NCBI GenBank assembly: GCA_963747235.1
Contig: CAVVEU010000040.1
Span: forward strand, 256,001 to 320,000
Direction of reading: 5' to 3'
Length of the DNA: 64,000 nt
DNA from: an uncultured Candidatus Rokubacteria bacterium
GTDB taxonomy: Bacteria > Methylomirabilota > Methylomirabilia > Rokubacteriales > CSP1-6
Shown here piece after piece: positions 21,286 to 33,108 of this stretch (position 1 is the first letter of the stretch; each line of letters begins with the position of its first letter). Under the pieces are notes generated by a model, which ran no database searches, was not told the DNA's origin, and worked only from the letters and a program-made list of their open reading frames with translations. The translations under genes and the position numbers were made by a program.

Positions 21286-22949
21286 ATGGCCATGCTGACC
21301 TGGCCGGTGCGCCGGTACGCGGCCGGGTCCAGCACCACGTTGACGCAGTAGACCTCCCCCGAGCCCAGCGCGCGCTCCAGCGCCGGACGGAGCTGGCCGG
21401 GCTCGGTCACGTGGATCCCCTTGCCGCCGAGCGCCTCCACCATGCGCTCGAAGCGGGTGAACGGCAGCGAGGTGCCCACCGCCCGCTCCGCGCCGAAGAA
21501 GGAGAGCTGCGGGTTGCGGATCTGGCCCCAGCCGCCGTCATTGCCGATCACCACCGTCATGGGCAGGCCGAAGCGCACCGCGGTCTCCATCTCCATGCCG
21601 TTGAGCCCGAAGGCCCCGTCGCCCGCGATCAGCAGCACGCGCTGGGACGGCCGCAGCAGCTTGGCCGCGATCGCGAACGACGGGCCCGACGCCGAGGCAG
21701 CCGAAGGGCCCCGGATCGAGCCACTGGCCCGGGCGCGCGAGCGGCACGATCTTGGACGCGCAGCCCACCACGTCGCCGCCGTCGCCCACCACCGTGGTGT
21801 CGGCGTCCACCACCGCGGCGATCTCGTGGCCCAGGCGGTAGTGGCTGATCGGCACGTCGTCCGAGAGCCGCTCGGTCATGAGCCGGGCCTGCGCGTCGGC
21901 CTCCTTCCGCCGCACCGCGGCCTGCCAGGGCTGCGACGCGCGCCGCCAGGTCCGCGCGGCAGCGCGTCGGCGAGCGCCCGCGAGCGTCAGCCCGATGTGG
22001 CTGGCGAGGCCCACCGCCAGCGGGCGGTTGCGCCCCAGCTCGACCGGGTCGCAGTCCACCATGGCCACCTGCACGTGCTCGGCGAAGGACGGCGGGCGGC
22101 CGTAGCCCAGCCGGAAGTCGAGCGGCGTGCCCAGGATCAGCACGAAGTCGGCCTGGCCGAGCGCGAAGCCGCGCGCCTGGGCGAAGGCCTGCGGGTGATC
22201 GTGCGGGAGGCTGCCGCGCCCCGCGCCGTTCATGAACACGGGCACGCCCGCGCGCTCGGCCAGCGCCGCGAGCTCCTTCGCCGCGTCGTCCCAGTAGACG
22301 CCGCTGCCCGCCATGATCACGGGGCGCTCCGCGCGGGCCAGCAGCGCGGCCAGCTCCTGGACGGACTCGGGGTCCGGCGCGGTGGGGCGGCGGTGCGCGT
22401 AGGCGGTCGGGATCGGGGCCAGGCGGTCCTCCACCACGGTCATCAGCAGGTCCACCGGGATCTCGACGAAGACCGGGCCCGGCCGCCCGGTCAGCGCGTG
22501 CCGGATGGCGGTGGTCAGCACCTCCGGGATCTGGCGCGTCTCGCTCACCGTCCACGAGCCCTTGGTGATGGGCCGCAGCAGGTCCACCTGCTCCACCTCC
22601 TGGAGCGAGCCGAGCCCGCGCAGGCCGAGCGGCGCGGCCCCGCCGATCAGGAGCACCGGGCTGCGCGCGGAGTAGGCGTTGGCGATGCCGGTGACCGCGT
22701 CGGTGACGCCCGGCCCCGCCGTCACCACCGCCACGCCGATATTGCGGGTGAGCCGCGCGTAGGCGTCGGCGGCGTGCGCGCAGGCCTGCTCGTGGCGCAT
22801 GTCCACGACCTGGACGCTTCTCGGTGATGCAGCCGTCGTAGATCGGCAGGATGTGGCCGCCGCACAGCGTGAAGATGTGGCCGACGCCCGCCTGCTTGAG
22901 CGTGCGCGCGACGAGGTGCCCCCCATTCAGCTCCGCTCAGATCCGCCAT
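21282..22949 (-). CDS. ThDP-dependent acetolactate synthase/2-hydroxyacyl-CoA lyase-like enzyme (frameshifted)
   Basis: MRHEQ, TAGPG, DPGPFGCLG, GDGAFG...GND. Confidence 0.85.
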
Positions 22950-22951
22950 GC

Positions 22952-23369
22952 TCAGGCCGGCGGCGCGGTCGGGATATGCACGATCTCGAGCTTCACCCGG
23001 TCCGGATCCTCGAAGAACACCGCGTAGTAGCCCGGGCGGTACTCCGGGAACTCGCGCGGGGTCCCGTAGAGCGGGGCGAGCCTGCGCGGGGCCAGGAACT
23101 CGGCCTGGAAGCGATCCACGTCCTCGCGGCGGTCCACGCGGAAGGCCAGGTGGTTGAGGCCGGCCCGCTTGCGGTGAAAGCCCGGCCCGGCGTGGCGCCG
23201 GCGCCGCGGCGCCCACCCAGATGTCGGTCCCACGCCCGGAGAAGCCGGCCATCGCGTCGGTGTCGTACACGGTGCGGTACTCGAGGTACCCGAAGAGCGC
23301 CTTGTAGAACGGCAGCGAGCGCGAGGCGTCCGCCACGTTGATCTGGAGATGGTAGAGCTGCGCCTTCAC
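22952..23369 (-). CDS. VOC/glyoxalase family protein (frameshifted)
   Basis: LYHLQINV, GLNHLAF, YYAVFFEDPDRVKLE. Confidence 0.82.
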
Positions 23370-24066
23370 CAGAACTTCTCCCACTTGACGCTCTTGCGGT
23401 CCATGCCCTTCCTGACGAGCACGTCGCGCACCTTGTTGATGGTCTCCCCGCCCCCGCACACGTAGACCACGAGCTTGTCCACGCCGTACACGAGGCGCTC
23501 CACCGCCTCCGCGGGCTCGCCCTTCTCGCCGCGCCAGGTCGCGGGCGGCTCGCGCAGCACCGGCAGGTAGGAGAAGCCCGGGTAGCGGCGCGCGAGCGAG
23601 CGGAAGTCGGCGTCGTAGACGAGCCAGCCGGGATTGCGCGCCCAGTAGATCAGCGCGGTGGGCCGCCCGTAGCCCGTCTCGTAGAGGTGGGCCAGGATCG
23701 AGCGGATCGGGACGATCCCGATCTCCTCGGCCACGAAGACGGCGCGGCGCGGGTCGGCGCGGTTGAAGACGAAGCCGCCGGTCGGCCCCTTGAACTGCAC
23801 CGGATCGCCCGGCTTGAGCGCGCGCACCCACTGCGAGCCGATCCCGCCGGGGGCGACGTCGATCGAGAGCGTGAGGCCCTTGCGGGTGGGCGACGAGACC
23901 ATGCTCCACGCGCGCACGATCTTGGGGCCGAAGGGCACCGAGATCCACTGCCCCGCCTCGAAGGTGAACTCCGGCGGGCTCGAGCACGCGGAGGTCCACC
24001 TCCATGATCTCGGGCGTCAGCCGCGCGCACCGCGGTCACTTCCGCCTTGCACTCGCGCGGCTTCAT
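23366..24066 (-). CDS. FAD/NAD(P)-binding ferredoxin reductase-like oxidoreductase (frameshifted)
   Basis: RAWSM, GGIGS, GPTGGF, GIVPIRS, YVCG, EKFW C-terminus. Confidence 0.8.
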
Positions 24067-24982
24067 GCCACCGTCTGCGCGCGCGGGATGACCTCGCTCG
24101 CGATGGTCTCGAGCTGCTCCCGCTCGTCCTCGGGATCGCAGATCGCGTTCATCACGAAGTAGTGGCAGCCGGCGCGCGCGAAGCGCTCCATCTGCTCGGC
24201 GCACTGCTCGGGCGTGCCGATCACCCCGTACTTGCGGGCGAGCGGGCCGAAGTCCTGCGCGTAGCGCCGCGAGAGGATTCGCACCCAGGTCCGCTCGGCG
24301 CTCTCGTAGTCGCGGCCCACCGTGATGAACGTGAGGTGGGCGGCCACGAAGCCGTCCAGGCGGCGCCCCGCCTGCTCCGCGGCCTCGCGGATCTTGGCCA
24401 GGCTCTGGGCATAGCGCTCGGGCTGGACGACATAGGACACCCAGCCGTCGCCCTGACGCCCGGCCCGCTTCAGCGCGGCGTCCGAGCGGCCCCCGACCCA
24501 GATCGGCGGCCCGGCCGCTGCACCGGCTTGGGATCGATGCTCACGCCCTCGAACTCGGTGAAGCGCCCCTTGAACGAGGCCGGCGTGTCCCGCCAGAGCG
24601 CCCGCACCACGTCGATGCCCTCGGTGACCCGGGCCCCGCGCTCGGTGTGGGGAATCCCGCAGGCCTCGAACTCCTTCGGATTCTCGCCGCCCACCCCCAC
24701 CCCGAAGATGAGCCGGCCGCCGGAGAGCGCGTCGAGCGTGGAGGTGATCTTGGCGACCACCGTCGGCTGGCGCAGGGCGAGCAGGTACACGCCACTGCCC
24801 AGCTTGATGCGCGTGGTGATCCCGGCGTAGGAGGCCAGGAGCGTCAGCGACTCGTAGATCGGACCGTGGAAGGAGACGTGGTCGCCCGTCCACAGCGAGT
24901 CGAGCCCCAGCTCCTCGCAGCGCCGGGCGAGCGCGAACTGCTCCTCCGGCGGATGGAGCGCGAGAAATGCGCCGAACCGCAC
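24063..24982 (-). CDS. LLM-class flavin oxidoreductase (frameshifted)
   Basis: SLWTGDH, LDALSGGRLIFGVG, PPIWVGG. Confidence 0.85.
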
Positions 24983-24983
24983 C

Positions 24984-27048
24984 TTAGCGGGGGAAGGCAT
25001 CCTTGACACCGCCGTCCACCGTGATCGTGCAGCCCGTGGTCTTGGCCGAGCGGTCCGAGGCCAGGAAGAGCACCGCCTCCGCGACGTCCTCCGGCAGGAT
25101 CGGCCGGGCGAGGATGTTGCGCTTGCGGTAGAAGTCCTCGAGGTCGTCCACCGAGATGCCCTGCGCCCGCGCCCGCTCGCGCCGCACGTCCTCCGACCAG
25201 AGCTTGGAGTCGCGGAAGACGGCGTCCGGGTTCACGATGTTGGACCGGATGCCGTGGGGCCCGCCCTCGAGCGCCAGCACCTTGGCGAGCTGCGCCTCCG
25301 CGGCCTTGGACGCGGAGTAGGCCGAGAAGTCCTTGCCGGGCGACATCACGTTCTTGGTCGCCACGAAGACGAACGCGCCGCCCAGCCCCTGGGCCTTGAG
25401 CACCCGCATGCCTTCGCGCGCCACCAGGAAGTGCCCGGTGGAGTTCACCGCGAAGGAGCGCTCCCAGTCGGCGAGCTCCATCCGGTCCACCGGCGAGGAG
25501 TGCGCGGTGCCCGCGTTGGAGACCACGATGTCCACGCCGCCGTAGGTCAGCACCGCGGTCTCGAAGGCGGCGCGCACCGAGGCCTCGCTGGTCACGTCCA
25601 TGCCGAGCCCCACCGCCCGGCCCGCGCCCACGGCGCGCCACGATCTCCTCGGACGCCTTGCGCGCGCCCGCGGCGTCCAGGTCGGTCACCACCACGTGCG
25701 CGCCCTCGGCGGCCAGCCGCTGGGCCGCCGCGCGCCCGATGCCGCTGGCGCCCCCGGTGACCAGCGCGATGCGCCGGGCCAGCTCCTTCTCGGGCGGGGC
25801 CAGCGAGAGCTTGTAGAGCTCGAGCGGCCAGTACTCGACGTCGAAGGCGTCCTTGGCGGTCAGCGAGACGTAGCTCCCGAAGGACGTGGCCGCGCCCAGG
25901 ACCGAGATCGTGTGGTGGTAGATGTCGTCCACGATGCCGGCGGTGCGCCGGTCCTTGCCGGTGGCGAAGAGGCCGAGCCCGCCCACCACGACGACCCGGG
26001 GGAACGGGATCCGTCAGCTCGGCGCCCGCCGTGTTGTGGGCCTCGAAGTAGGCGGTGTAGTCGGCCACGAAGCGCTCGACCGCCTTCGTGACGCCGGCGC
26101 GGACCGACTCCGGATCCGCCGGGTTCTCGACCGGGGCGAAGCACGGCAGCCGCTTGGTGAAGATCGTGTGGTCCGGCGTGGCGGGCCCGATTTGACAGAG
26201 GGCCTCGGCCTCGCGCGAGCCCGCGAACTCCAGCACGTCCGGCGCGTCGTCGAAGAACAGCACCTGGCGCCGGTCGCGCCCGACCAGCCCGCGCAGGTGC
26301 GGCGCCACCGCGAGGGCCACGCGCCGCCGCTCCTCCGGCGGGCGGGCTCGCGAGCGCGACGCCGCCGAAGCGCGCGCGCCCCCGGGCGCGATGGGCGATC
26401 GCCTCCTCGGCGCGGCTGATCAGCTCGATCGTGGCGAGGTAGGCCTCCTTCACGGTGGCCCCCCAGCAGATCGTCCCGTGCTTCTCGAGCAGCAGCGCGC
26501 GCGCCTTCGGATGCGCCTCGAAGGTCTGCGCGACTTCCCGCGAGATGAGGAACCCGGGGCGCCGGTACGAGAGCGGGATGACGTCGTCTCCGTAGACCTC
26601 GCGGAGCACGTCACGGCTGCGGTGGTTGTTGGTGAGCGACACCACCGCGTCGGCGTGGGTGTGGATCACCGCCGTCGCGGGCAGGAAGCCGTGCAGCAGG
26701 GTCTCGATGGACGGGCGCGGGCTCGCGGGCTCCTGGAGCGCGTGGGCGAGATAGTCCACCATCTCCTGGTCGCCCATGTCCTGCCGCTCGAGGAGCGCCA
26801 GCACGTCGTCCATGCGCACGCCGGGGAAGTCCTTCGTCGGCGATGCTCTTGAGATCGGAGCCGCTGCCCTTCACGCGCAGCACGCGCGTCGGCCGGTTGC
26901 GGTGATCCCGCTCGTCCCGCTTCACGGACGTGTTGCCGCCGCCCCACACCACCAGCGTGGTCTCGGCGCCGATCAGGCGAGAGGCGTAGACGAGGAGATC
27001 GAGATCGTTCTTGCCCTGCGCGTCCGCGTCGCTCCATCGGGAGTTCAT
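24984..27048 (-). CDS. Bifunctional rhamnulose-1-phosphate aldolase/short-chain dehydrogenase (RhaD/YuxG-like; frameshifted)
   Basis: WGGGNTSVK, VKGSGSDL, PSIETLLH, HTHAD, TPDH, EYWPLE, TGGASGIG, YSASK. Confidence 0.88.
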
Positions 27049-27080
27049 GGCGCCATCACCATACCCGAATCTTCCCGCCA

Positions 27081-27152
27081 AATCACCTGGCCCGAATCAC
27101 CTGGCCCAATTCACCTGTCAACATTGACACCTCCGCGCGCGGCTCCTATCGT
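27081..27152 (+). promoter_or_regulatory. sigma70 promoter preceded by tandem AATCACCTGGCCC repeats
   Basis: TTGACA(27124)-N17-TATCGT(27147), 6 nt before GTG 27159; 14-bp direct repeats x2 plus a partial third. Confidence 0.65.
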
Positions 27153-27158
27153 AGGCGC

Positions 27159-28018
27159 GTGACCGCGTGGACGCGGCGGGCTCTCGCGCTGGGCGCGGCG
27201 CTGACTTTCACGGTGATGGGCACCGGCATCGGCCCTGGCGATCCCGGGCCGCGCGCCGCCCGCGCCGACGGGATCATGCTCATCCAGGCCGGCGCGTTCT
27301 GGATGGGGAGCGACGACGGCGCCCCCGACGAGCGCGCCGCTCCACCGCGTCTTCGTCCGCGTCTTCTGGCTGGACCGCCACAAGGTCACGAACCGGGAGG
27401 TCGCGCTCTTCCTCGAGGCGCGCGGCCTCCGGAGCGCCGAGGGCATGGACTACTTCGACGCCGGCGACCCCGATGCCCGCATCCACCGGCGCGACGGCCG
27501 CTTCACCGCCGACCCGGGCTTCGAGGACCATCCGGCCGTGGAGGTCTCCTGGTACGGCGCCCGCGACTACTGCCTCTGGCAGGGCAAGCGGCTGCCCACC
27601 GAGGCCGAGTGGGAGAAGGCGGCCCGGGGGGCGGACCGCCGCCGCTACCCCTGGGGCGACAGCCCGCCCGGGCCCGAGCACGCGGTCTTCGGACGCGCCC
27701 TACAACGCGACCGACCGGACCGATGGCCGTCCCTCGGGCGCCGGGCCGACCGGGGTCCAGGATCTCCTCGGCAACCTGCGGGAGTGGACCGCCTCCGAGT
27801 ACCGCCCCTACCCCTACCGCCCGGACGACGGCCGCGAGGCGGCCGGCCCCCGCGCCGCGCGCGTGGTGCGGGGCGCCAGCCACGACGATCCCCCGGAGAC
27901 GTTGCGGGTGACGATCCGGCGCTTCTACTCGTATGATGGACCCCACCGCGGCCTGGCCCGTGGCCACCACCACGTCGGGTTTCGCTGCGCGACCTCGGAG
28001 GACCTGGGAGGATATTGA
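27159..28018 (+). CDS. Formylglycine-generating enzyme (SUMF1/FGE-sulfatase) domain protein, secreted (frameshifted)
   Basis: FWMGS, HPAVEVSWYGA, RLPTEAEWEKAARG, YPWG, GNLREW, GFRCA. Confidence 0.88.
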
Positions 28019-28022
28019 CGCG

Positions 28023-29653
28023 ATGAAAGGCCTGATGATGGATTACCCGCTCACGCTCACCCAGTTCTTCGAGCGCACGCGGCGGCTCTTCCACCGGAAG
28101 ACCATGGCCACGCGGGTGCCGGGCGTGGGGCTCACGCGCTACACCTACGGCGACTACGCGGACCGCGTCTGCCGTCTGGCCGGCGCGCTGCGGGGGCTCG
28201 GCCTGGCCAAGGGCGCACGCGTCGGGACCTTCGCGTGGAACTCGCACCGGCACATGGAGGTGTACTTCGCGGCGCCGCTCATGGGCATGGTGCTCCACAC
28301 CGTGAACATCCGGCTCTCCGCCCAGGACATCACCTACATCATCAACCACGCGGGCGACGAGGTGCTGATCGTCGACGCGAGCCTCTGGCACATCCTCGAG
28401 CCGATCCGGAAGGACCTCACCACCGTCAAGCACGTGATCGTGATGAAGGACACCCCGAGCGCGGAGCTGCCCCCGGGCGCGCTCGACTACGAGCAGCTCG
28501 TGACGGCCACCGCACCGGTCACCGAGTGGCCGCGCATCGAGGAGACCGACGCGGCCGGCATCTGCTACACGTCGGGCACCACCGGCCACCCGAAGGGCGT
28601 GCTCTACACCCACCGCGCGATCTACCTGCACTGCTTCGCCTCGTCCACGGTGGACGTGCTCGGCATCTGCGAGCGCGACGTGATCCTGCACATCGTGCCG
28701 ATGTTCCACGCCAACGCCTGGTGCGTGCCGTTCGCGGGCGTCATGAACGGATCCACCCAGATCTTCGGCGGGCCGAACCCGCAGCCGCGCGACATCATCG
28801 AGATCGTCCACCACGAGAAGGTCACGCTGGTGGGCGCGGTGCCGACGGTGTGGATCGCCATCAATGGCATCCTCGAGAAAGAGCCCCAGTGGGACATCTC
28901 CTCGATCCGCTGCATCCCCATCGGCGGATCGGCGGCGCCGCGGAGCCTGATCGAGCTCTTCGACAAGAAGTACGGCGCCTACATGCTGCACGCCTGGGGC
29001 ATGACCGAGATGACGCCGCTCGGCAGCGTGTGCCGGCCGCGCTCCTACATGGACGCGCTGCCCGAGGACGAGCGCTACGCGGTGCGGGCCAAGCAGGGCG
29101 CGCCCGTCGCGGGCGTGGACATGAGGATCGTGGACGACGCCGGGCACGGTGCTGCCGTGGGACGGGCAAGAGCGCGGGCGAGATCCAGGTGCGCGGGCCG
29201 TGGGTCACCAGCGGCTACTACAACAACGCCGAGGGCGCGGCCCAGTTCACCGAGGACGGCTGGTTCCGCACCGGCGACGTGGCCTCGCTCGACCCCGACG
29301 GCTACATCCAGATCACCGACCGCACCAAGGACCTGATCAAGTCCGGCGGCGAGTGGATCTCGAGCGTGGACATGGAGACCACCATCATGGGCCACCCCAA
29401 GGTGCTGGAGGCCGCGGTCATCGCGGTGCCGCACGAGCGCTGGGTGGAGCGGCCGCTGGCCTGCATCGTGCCCAAGCCGGAGTTCAAGGACGCGCTCACC
29501 GGAGCCGAGATCATGGAGTATCTCAGGCCCCGCGTGGCCAAGTGGTGGCTCCCCGACGAGGTCATCTTCATCGACGCGGTCCCCAAGACCAGCGTCGGCA
29601 AGTTCGACAAGAAGGTCCTCCGCGAGCGCTTCAAGAACTGGCAGCCGAAATAG
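28023..29653 (+). CDS. Long/medium-chain fatty acid-CoA ligase (frameshift near 29148)
   Basis: [39 protein letters not shown]. Confidence 0.92.
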
Positions 29654-29654
29654 G

Positions 29655-29682
29655 ATGGGGTCAGGTCTTGAACTACGACATT
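29655..29682 (+). repeat. Single GGGGTCAGGTCTTG REP-type arm
   Basis: atggggtcaggtcttgaactacgacatt, one mismatch to the arms at 35939-36023. Confidence 0.85.
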
Positions 29683-29705
29683 CGTAGACGGCTGGCGGCG
29701 CCCGC

Positions 29706-30800
29706 CTAGCAGCGTTTGGTGAGGGCGGGCCAGTCTTCGCGTGGCAGGACGGGCTCGAACGGGCCGGGCCTGGTGGCGGCCAGGGCCTTGAGGCGGGCGA
29801 TGCGCTCGGCGGGCATCGGGTGCGAGGAGAGATAGGTGAGGGCCTTCGGCTGGGCGCCCTCCTCCTTCTGCATCTTCTCGAAGAAGGCGATCAGGCCGGC
29901 GGGGTCCACGCGGGCGGCCAGCAGCATCTTCATCCCCTCGACGTCGGCCTCCTCCTCGTTCCGCCGCGAGTAGCGCAGATCGCCGAGCGCGCGGGCGGCC
30001 TCGAGCCCGTACGCGAGCGGGCCCGTCACGTCGCCGGTCAGCGCCATCAGCAGGAGCCCGGTGCCCACGTCCTGGATGACCGCGCGCGTGGTGTGGCGTC
30101 GCAGGATGTGCTGGAGCTCGTGGGCCATCACCCCCGCCAGCTCCTCGGGCGTGCCCGTGCGCTCGAGCAGGCCGTGGAAGATCACCACGTGGCCGCCCGG
30201 CGCGGCCAGCGCGTTCACCACCGGCCGGTTCACCACGTAGACCCGCATCGTGTAGGGTGACGGCGGTCCCGCGGCCACGAGCCGCGCCACGATCGCGTCC
30301 ATCGCCGCGCCCAGGGCGGGGTCGCCGCAGCGCCGCGCGGGCGGCGCCAGGTAGGCCACCGCGGACCGGCCCAGGGTCTCCTCCCAGGCCACCGGCACGC
30401 GCGGCGTGACGAGCGCGGCCAGCAACGGGATGCCCCAGAGATAGAGCGCGACGGTGGCCGCGAGCACGCCGCCCGCCGCCACGATCGTCCACCGCAGGCG
30501 CGCGGAACGCCGGCGCGGGTCGTGGAAGCGCGCGCCCACGTGGGGCGAGGCCTCGTGCAGGCTCTGGAGGAACGCGGCGTCGGCAACCAGCAGCGTCTCG
30601 GGCAGCTCCCCGCCCCGCTCGAGCCGCACCTCCTCGCCCGCGTAGGAGCCCTGCGTCTGACGCAGCTCGCGGTAGGGCCAGAGGCGCGCCCCGCCCGCCG
30701 CGGTGGTGAGCTCGAGGCCCTCGCGCATCAGGCGGATGGTCGCCGGCTGGCGCGCCGCGGTCCGCCCGTCCAGATAGGTGCCCTGCCAGTCGGTGCGCAT
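29706..30800 (-). CDS. M48 family zinc metallopeptidase
   Basis: VNALAAPGG, HELQH, EEEAD, LSSHP. Confidence 0.9.
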   Translation of the reverse strand: MRTDWQGTYLDGRTAARQPATIRLMREGLELTTAAGGARLWPYRELRQTQGSYAGEEVRLERGGELPETLLVADAAFLQSLHEASPHVGARFHDPRRRSARLRWTIVAAGGVLAATVALYLWGIPLLAALVTPRVPVAWEETLGRSAVAYLAPPARRCGDPALGAAMDAIVARLVAAGPPSPYTMRVYVVNRPVVNALAAPGGHVVIFHGLLERTGTPEELAGVMAHELQHILRRHTTRAVIQDVGTGLLLMALTGDVTGPLAYGLEAARALGDLRYSRRNEEEADVEGMKMLLAARVDPAGLIAFFEKMQKEEGAQPKALTYLSSHPMPAERIARLKALAATRPGPFEPVLPREDWPALTKRC

Positions 30801-30822
30801 CAGGACGGGGACGCCACGCGGG

Positions 30823-31929
30823 TCAGGCGAGATCGAAGCCGGAGTCGAAGAAGCCGGAGAGCCCCTCGCCCATGGTCGACACGCGCTGCGCCTCCTGCTG
30901 GATGCGCGCGAGATCGAGCGGGCCCAGCAGCGACAGGTTGCGGAACGCGAAGTGGATGTTCCGCACGCGCACCCAGGGCCACGCGATGCCGAGCGTGCCC
31001 ACGAGCAGCAGCAGGTTCACCGCCCAGAGGCTCAGCAGGGCCCGGCCGGTCACCGTGCAGGAGAAGCGCGCGGCGCCGAACGAGGTGTGGTCCCAGAAGT
31101 AGCGGCGCTTGCGCGCGATGTACCACACCCAGCACAACCCGAGCGTCGGCAGGGTGAGCAGGATCGCCTGCACGTAGACCCAGAAGAGATCCCGCCCGCG
31201 GCCCACGAAGTCGAACCGCTCGCTCCCGAAGTACGAGTTCGAGATCATGAACGCCTGCCGCTTCACCAGGAGGATCGGATAGTAGAGCCCCAGGGTGAGG
31301 CCGGTCAGGAAGGTGCCCACGATGACGATCTTCACCAGGTCCCACACGCGCCCCCGGAACGAGAAGCGGATCCCGCGCCACGAGGTCCGGCCCAGCCGGT
31401 AGCGGCGCGCCCCCACCATCGCGACCGGGAAGAGCACGAAGAGCAGGCTGCCCGAGAGCACCCCGGCAAAAACCTTGAGGAGCACGGGCACGTCCAGCAC
31501 GTCGCGGATGATGTTGAGCAGGTAGATCGGCATGCCGAAGACGAGCACCGCCTTGAGCGTGCCCAGGAGCAGCTCCCGTCCCGTGCCGTGATAGGCAAAG
31601 CGATCGCCGTCGATCTCGGTCTGGCCGAAGAGGTACCGCCGCAGGCGCGTCTTGGCCCAGAAGTAGTAGAAGCCGATCGTCACGATCGTCAGCAGCGTGT
31701 TGACGACGTGGATGCCGAAGAGCGTGCCGCCCGTGCCGTGGAAGCTCGGGCGCCGCAGCGTGTCGGAGGGCGGCACGGGCAGGTTCTCGGGGGCACCCGG
31801 CGTGAGCGGCCGCGCCGGTGATGGCGGTACGGGCGGCGGCGGCGCGATCGGCCGGCGGGGAGCGGAACTCCCGTCGGGCGCGGGCTTGCGGAAGAACGAC
31901 GGCCGCTCCGCGGATTCCTGCCCGTCCAT
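30823..31929 (-). CDS. YjgN/DUF898 family membrane protein
   Basis: FHGTGG, LTIVTIGFYYFWAK, TSWRGIRF; usual partner of the M48 peptidase. Confidence 0.88.
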   Translation of the reverse strand: MDGQESAERPSFFRKPAPDGSSAPRRPIAPPPPVPPSPARPLTPGAPENLPVPPSDTLRRPSFHGTGGTLFGIHVVNTLLTIVTIGFYYFWAKTRLRRYLFGQTEIDGDRFAYHGTGRELLLGTLKAVLVFGMPIYLLNIIRDVLDVPVLLKVFAGVLSGSLLFVLFPVAMVGARRYRLGRTSWRGIRFSFRGRVWDLVKIVIVGTFLTGLTLGLYYPILLVKRQAFMISNSYFGSERFDFVGRGRDLFWVYVQAILLTLPTLGLCWVWYIARKRRYFWDHTSFGAARFSCTVTGRALLSLWAVNLLLLVGTLGIAWPWVRVRNIHFAFRNLSLLGPLDLARIQQEAQRVSTMGEGLSGFFDSGFDLA

Positions 31930-31977
31930 AGGCTCCGACTATGGGCGGAATCCGCGCGGCGAGTCAACTTTTGCCCG

Positions 31978-33108
31978 TCAGTTGGCCGCGAACCGCTCCA
32001 GGTGATGCTCGGCGTCGCCGAAGAGCTGGCCGATCATGGTGAGCCGCCGGAACGTGTGGCTGATCTTCAGCTCCTCGGTCATGCCCATGCCGCCGTGGAG
32101 CTGGACCGCCTCCTGGCTGACGTGCCGGCAGGCGTCCGCCACCTTGATCTTGGCCGCGGAGACCGCGCGGGTGCGCTCCGCGGGCGGTGCGCTGTCCACC
32201 TTCACGCACGCCAGGCACGCCATGGACCGCGCCTGCTCGTAGCTGATCACCATGTCCACCATGCGGTGCTGGAGCGCCTGGAAGCTGCCGATCGGCACCC
32301 CGAACTGCCGGCGCGTCTTGAGGTACTCGAGCGTGGCCTCGTTGGCGTAGCGGATGGCGCCCACCGCCTCCGCGCAGAGCAGCGCGGTGGCGTAGTCGGC
32401 CGCGTCCTCGATCAGCGGCAGCGCGCGGCCCTCTTCGCCCAGGAGCGCGTCCGCGGGCACCGTCACGTCGGTGAGCCAGACGTCGGCGGCCCGCAGCTCG
32501 TCGATCGTGCGGTACTCCTTGAGGGTCACGCCCTTCGCCCCGCGGTCCACCAGGAACAGGCTGATGCCGGCCGCGTCGGTGTCGCCGCCCGACGTGCGCG
32601 CGGAGACGATCAGCGTGTCGGCGGAGCCGCCGTGGAGCACCGCGCGCTTCTCGCCGTTCAGCGTGAAGCCGCCCCCGCCACGCTTGGCCCGCGTGCCCAC
32701 GTGGCCGAGGTCGTAGCGGGCACTGCTCTCGGTGTGGGCGAAGGCCAGGCGGTGCTTGCCCTGGATCAGCTCGGGCAGGATGCGCTTCTGCTGGGCCACC
32801 GAGCCGCCGTGGGCGATCAGGCGCCCGCCGAGGCCGACGTTGACCCAGTACGGCTCGACCACGAGGCCCTCGCCGAGCGCTTCCATGACCAGCATCACGT
32901 CCACCGCGGTGCCGCCGAAGCCGCCGTGCTCCTCCGCGAAGGGCACGCCCAGCAGCCCCATCTCGGCGAAGGCCGCCCACACCGTCTCGCTCCAGCCGGT
33001 GGCGGAATCCACGATCTTGGCCCGCGTGTCGATCGAGTACTCGTTGGTCAGGTACCGCTTGAGGCTGTCGGCCAGGAGCTGCTGCTCTTCGGTCAGATCG
33101 AAGTTCAT
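31978..33108 (-). CDS. Acyl-CoA dehydrogenase (PimD-like small subunit)
   Basis: MNFDLTEEQ, RRQFGVPIGSFQALQH, QLHGGMGMTEE. Confidence 0.9.
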   Translation of the reverse strand: MNFDLTEEQQLLADSLKRYLTNEYSIDTRAKIVDSATGWSETVWAAFAEMGLLGVPFAEEHGGFGGTAVDVMLVMEALGEGLVVEPYWVNVGLGGRLIAHGGSVAQQKRILPELIQGKHRLAFAHTESSARYDLGHVGTRAKRGGGGFTLNGEKRAVLHGGSADTLIVSARTSGGDTDAAGISLFLVDRGAKGVTLKEYRTIDELRAADVWLTDVTVPADALLGEEGRALPLIEDAADYATALLCAEAVGAIRYANEATLEYLKTRRQFGVPIGSFQALQHRMVDMVISYEQARSMACLACVKVDSAPPAERTRAVSAAKIKVADACRHVSQEAVQLHGGMGMTEELKISHTFRRLTMIGQLFGDAEHHLERFAAN

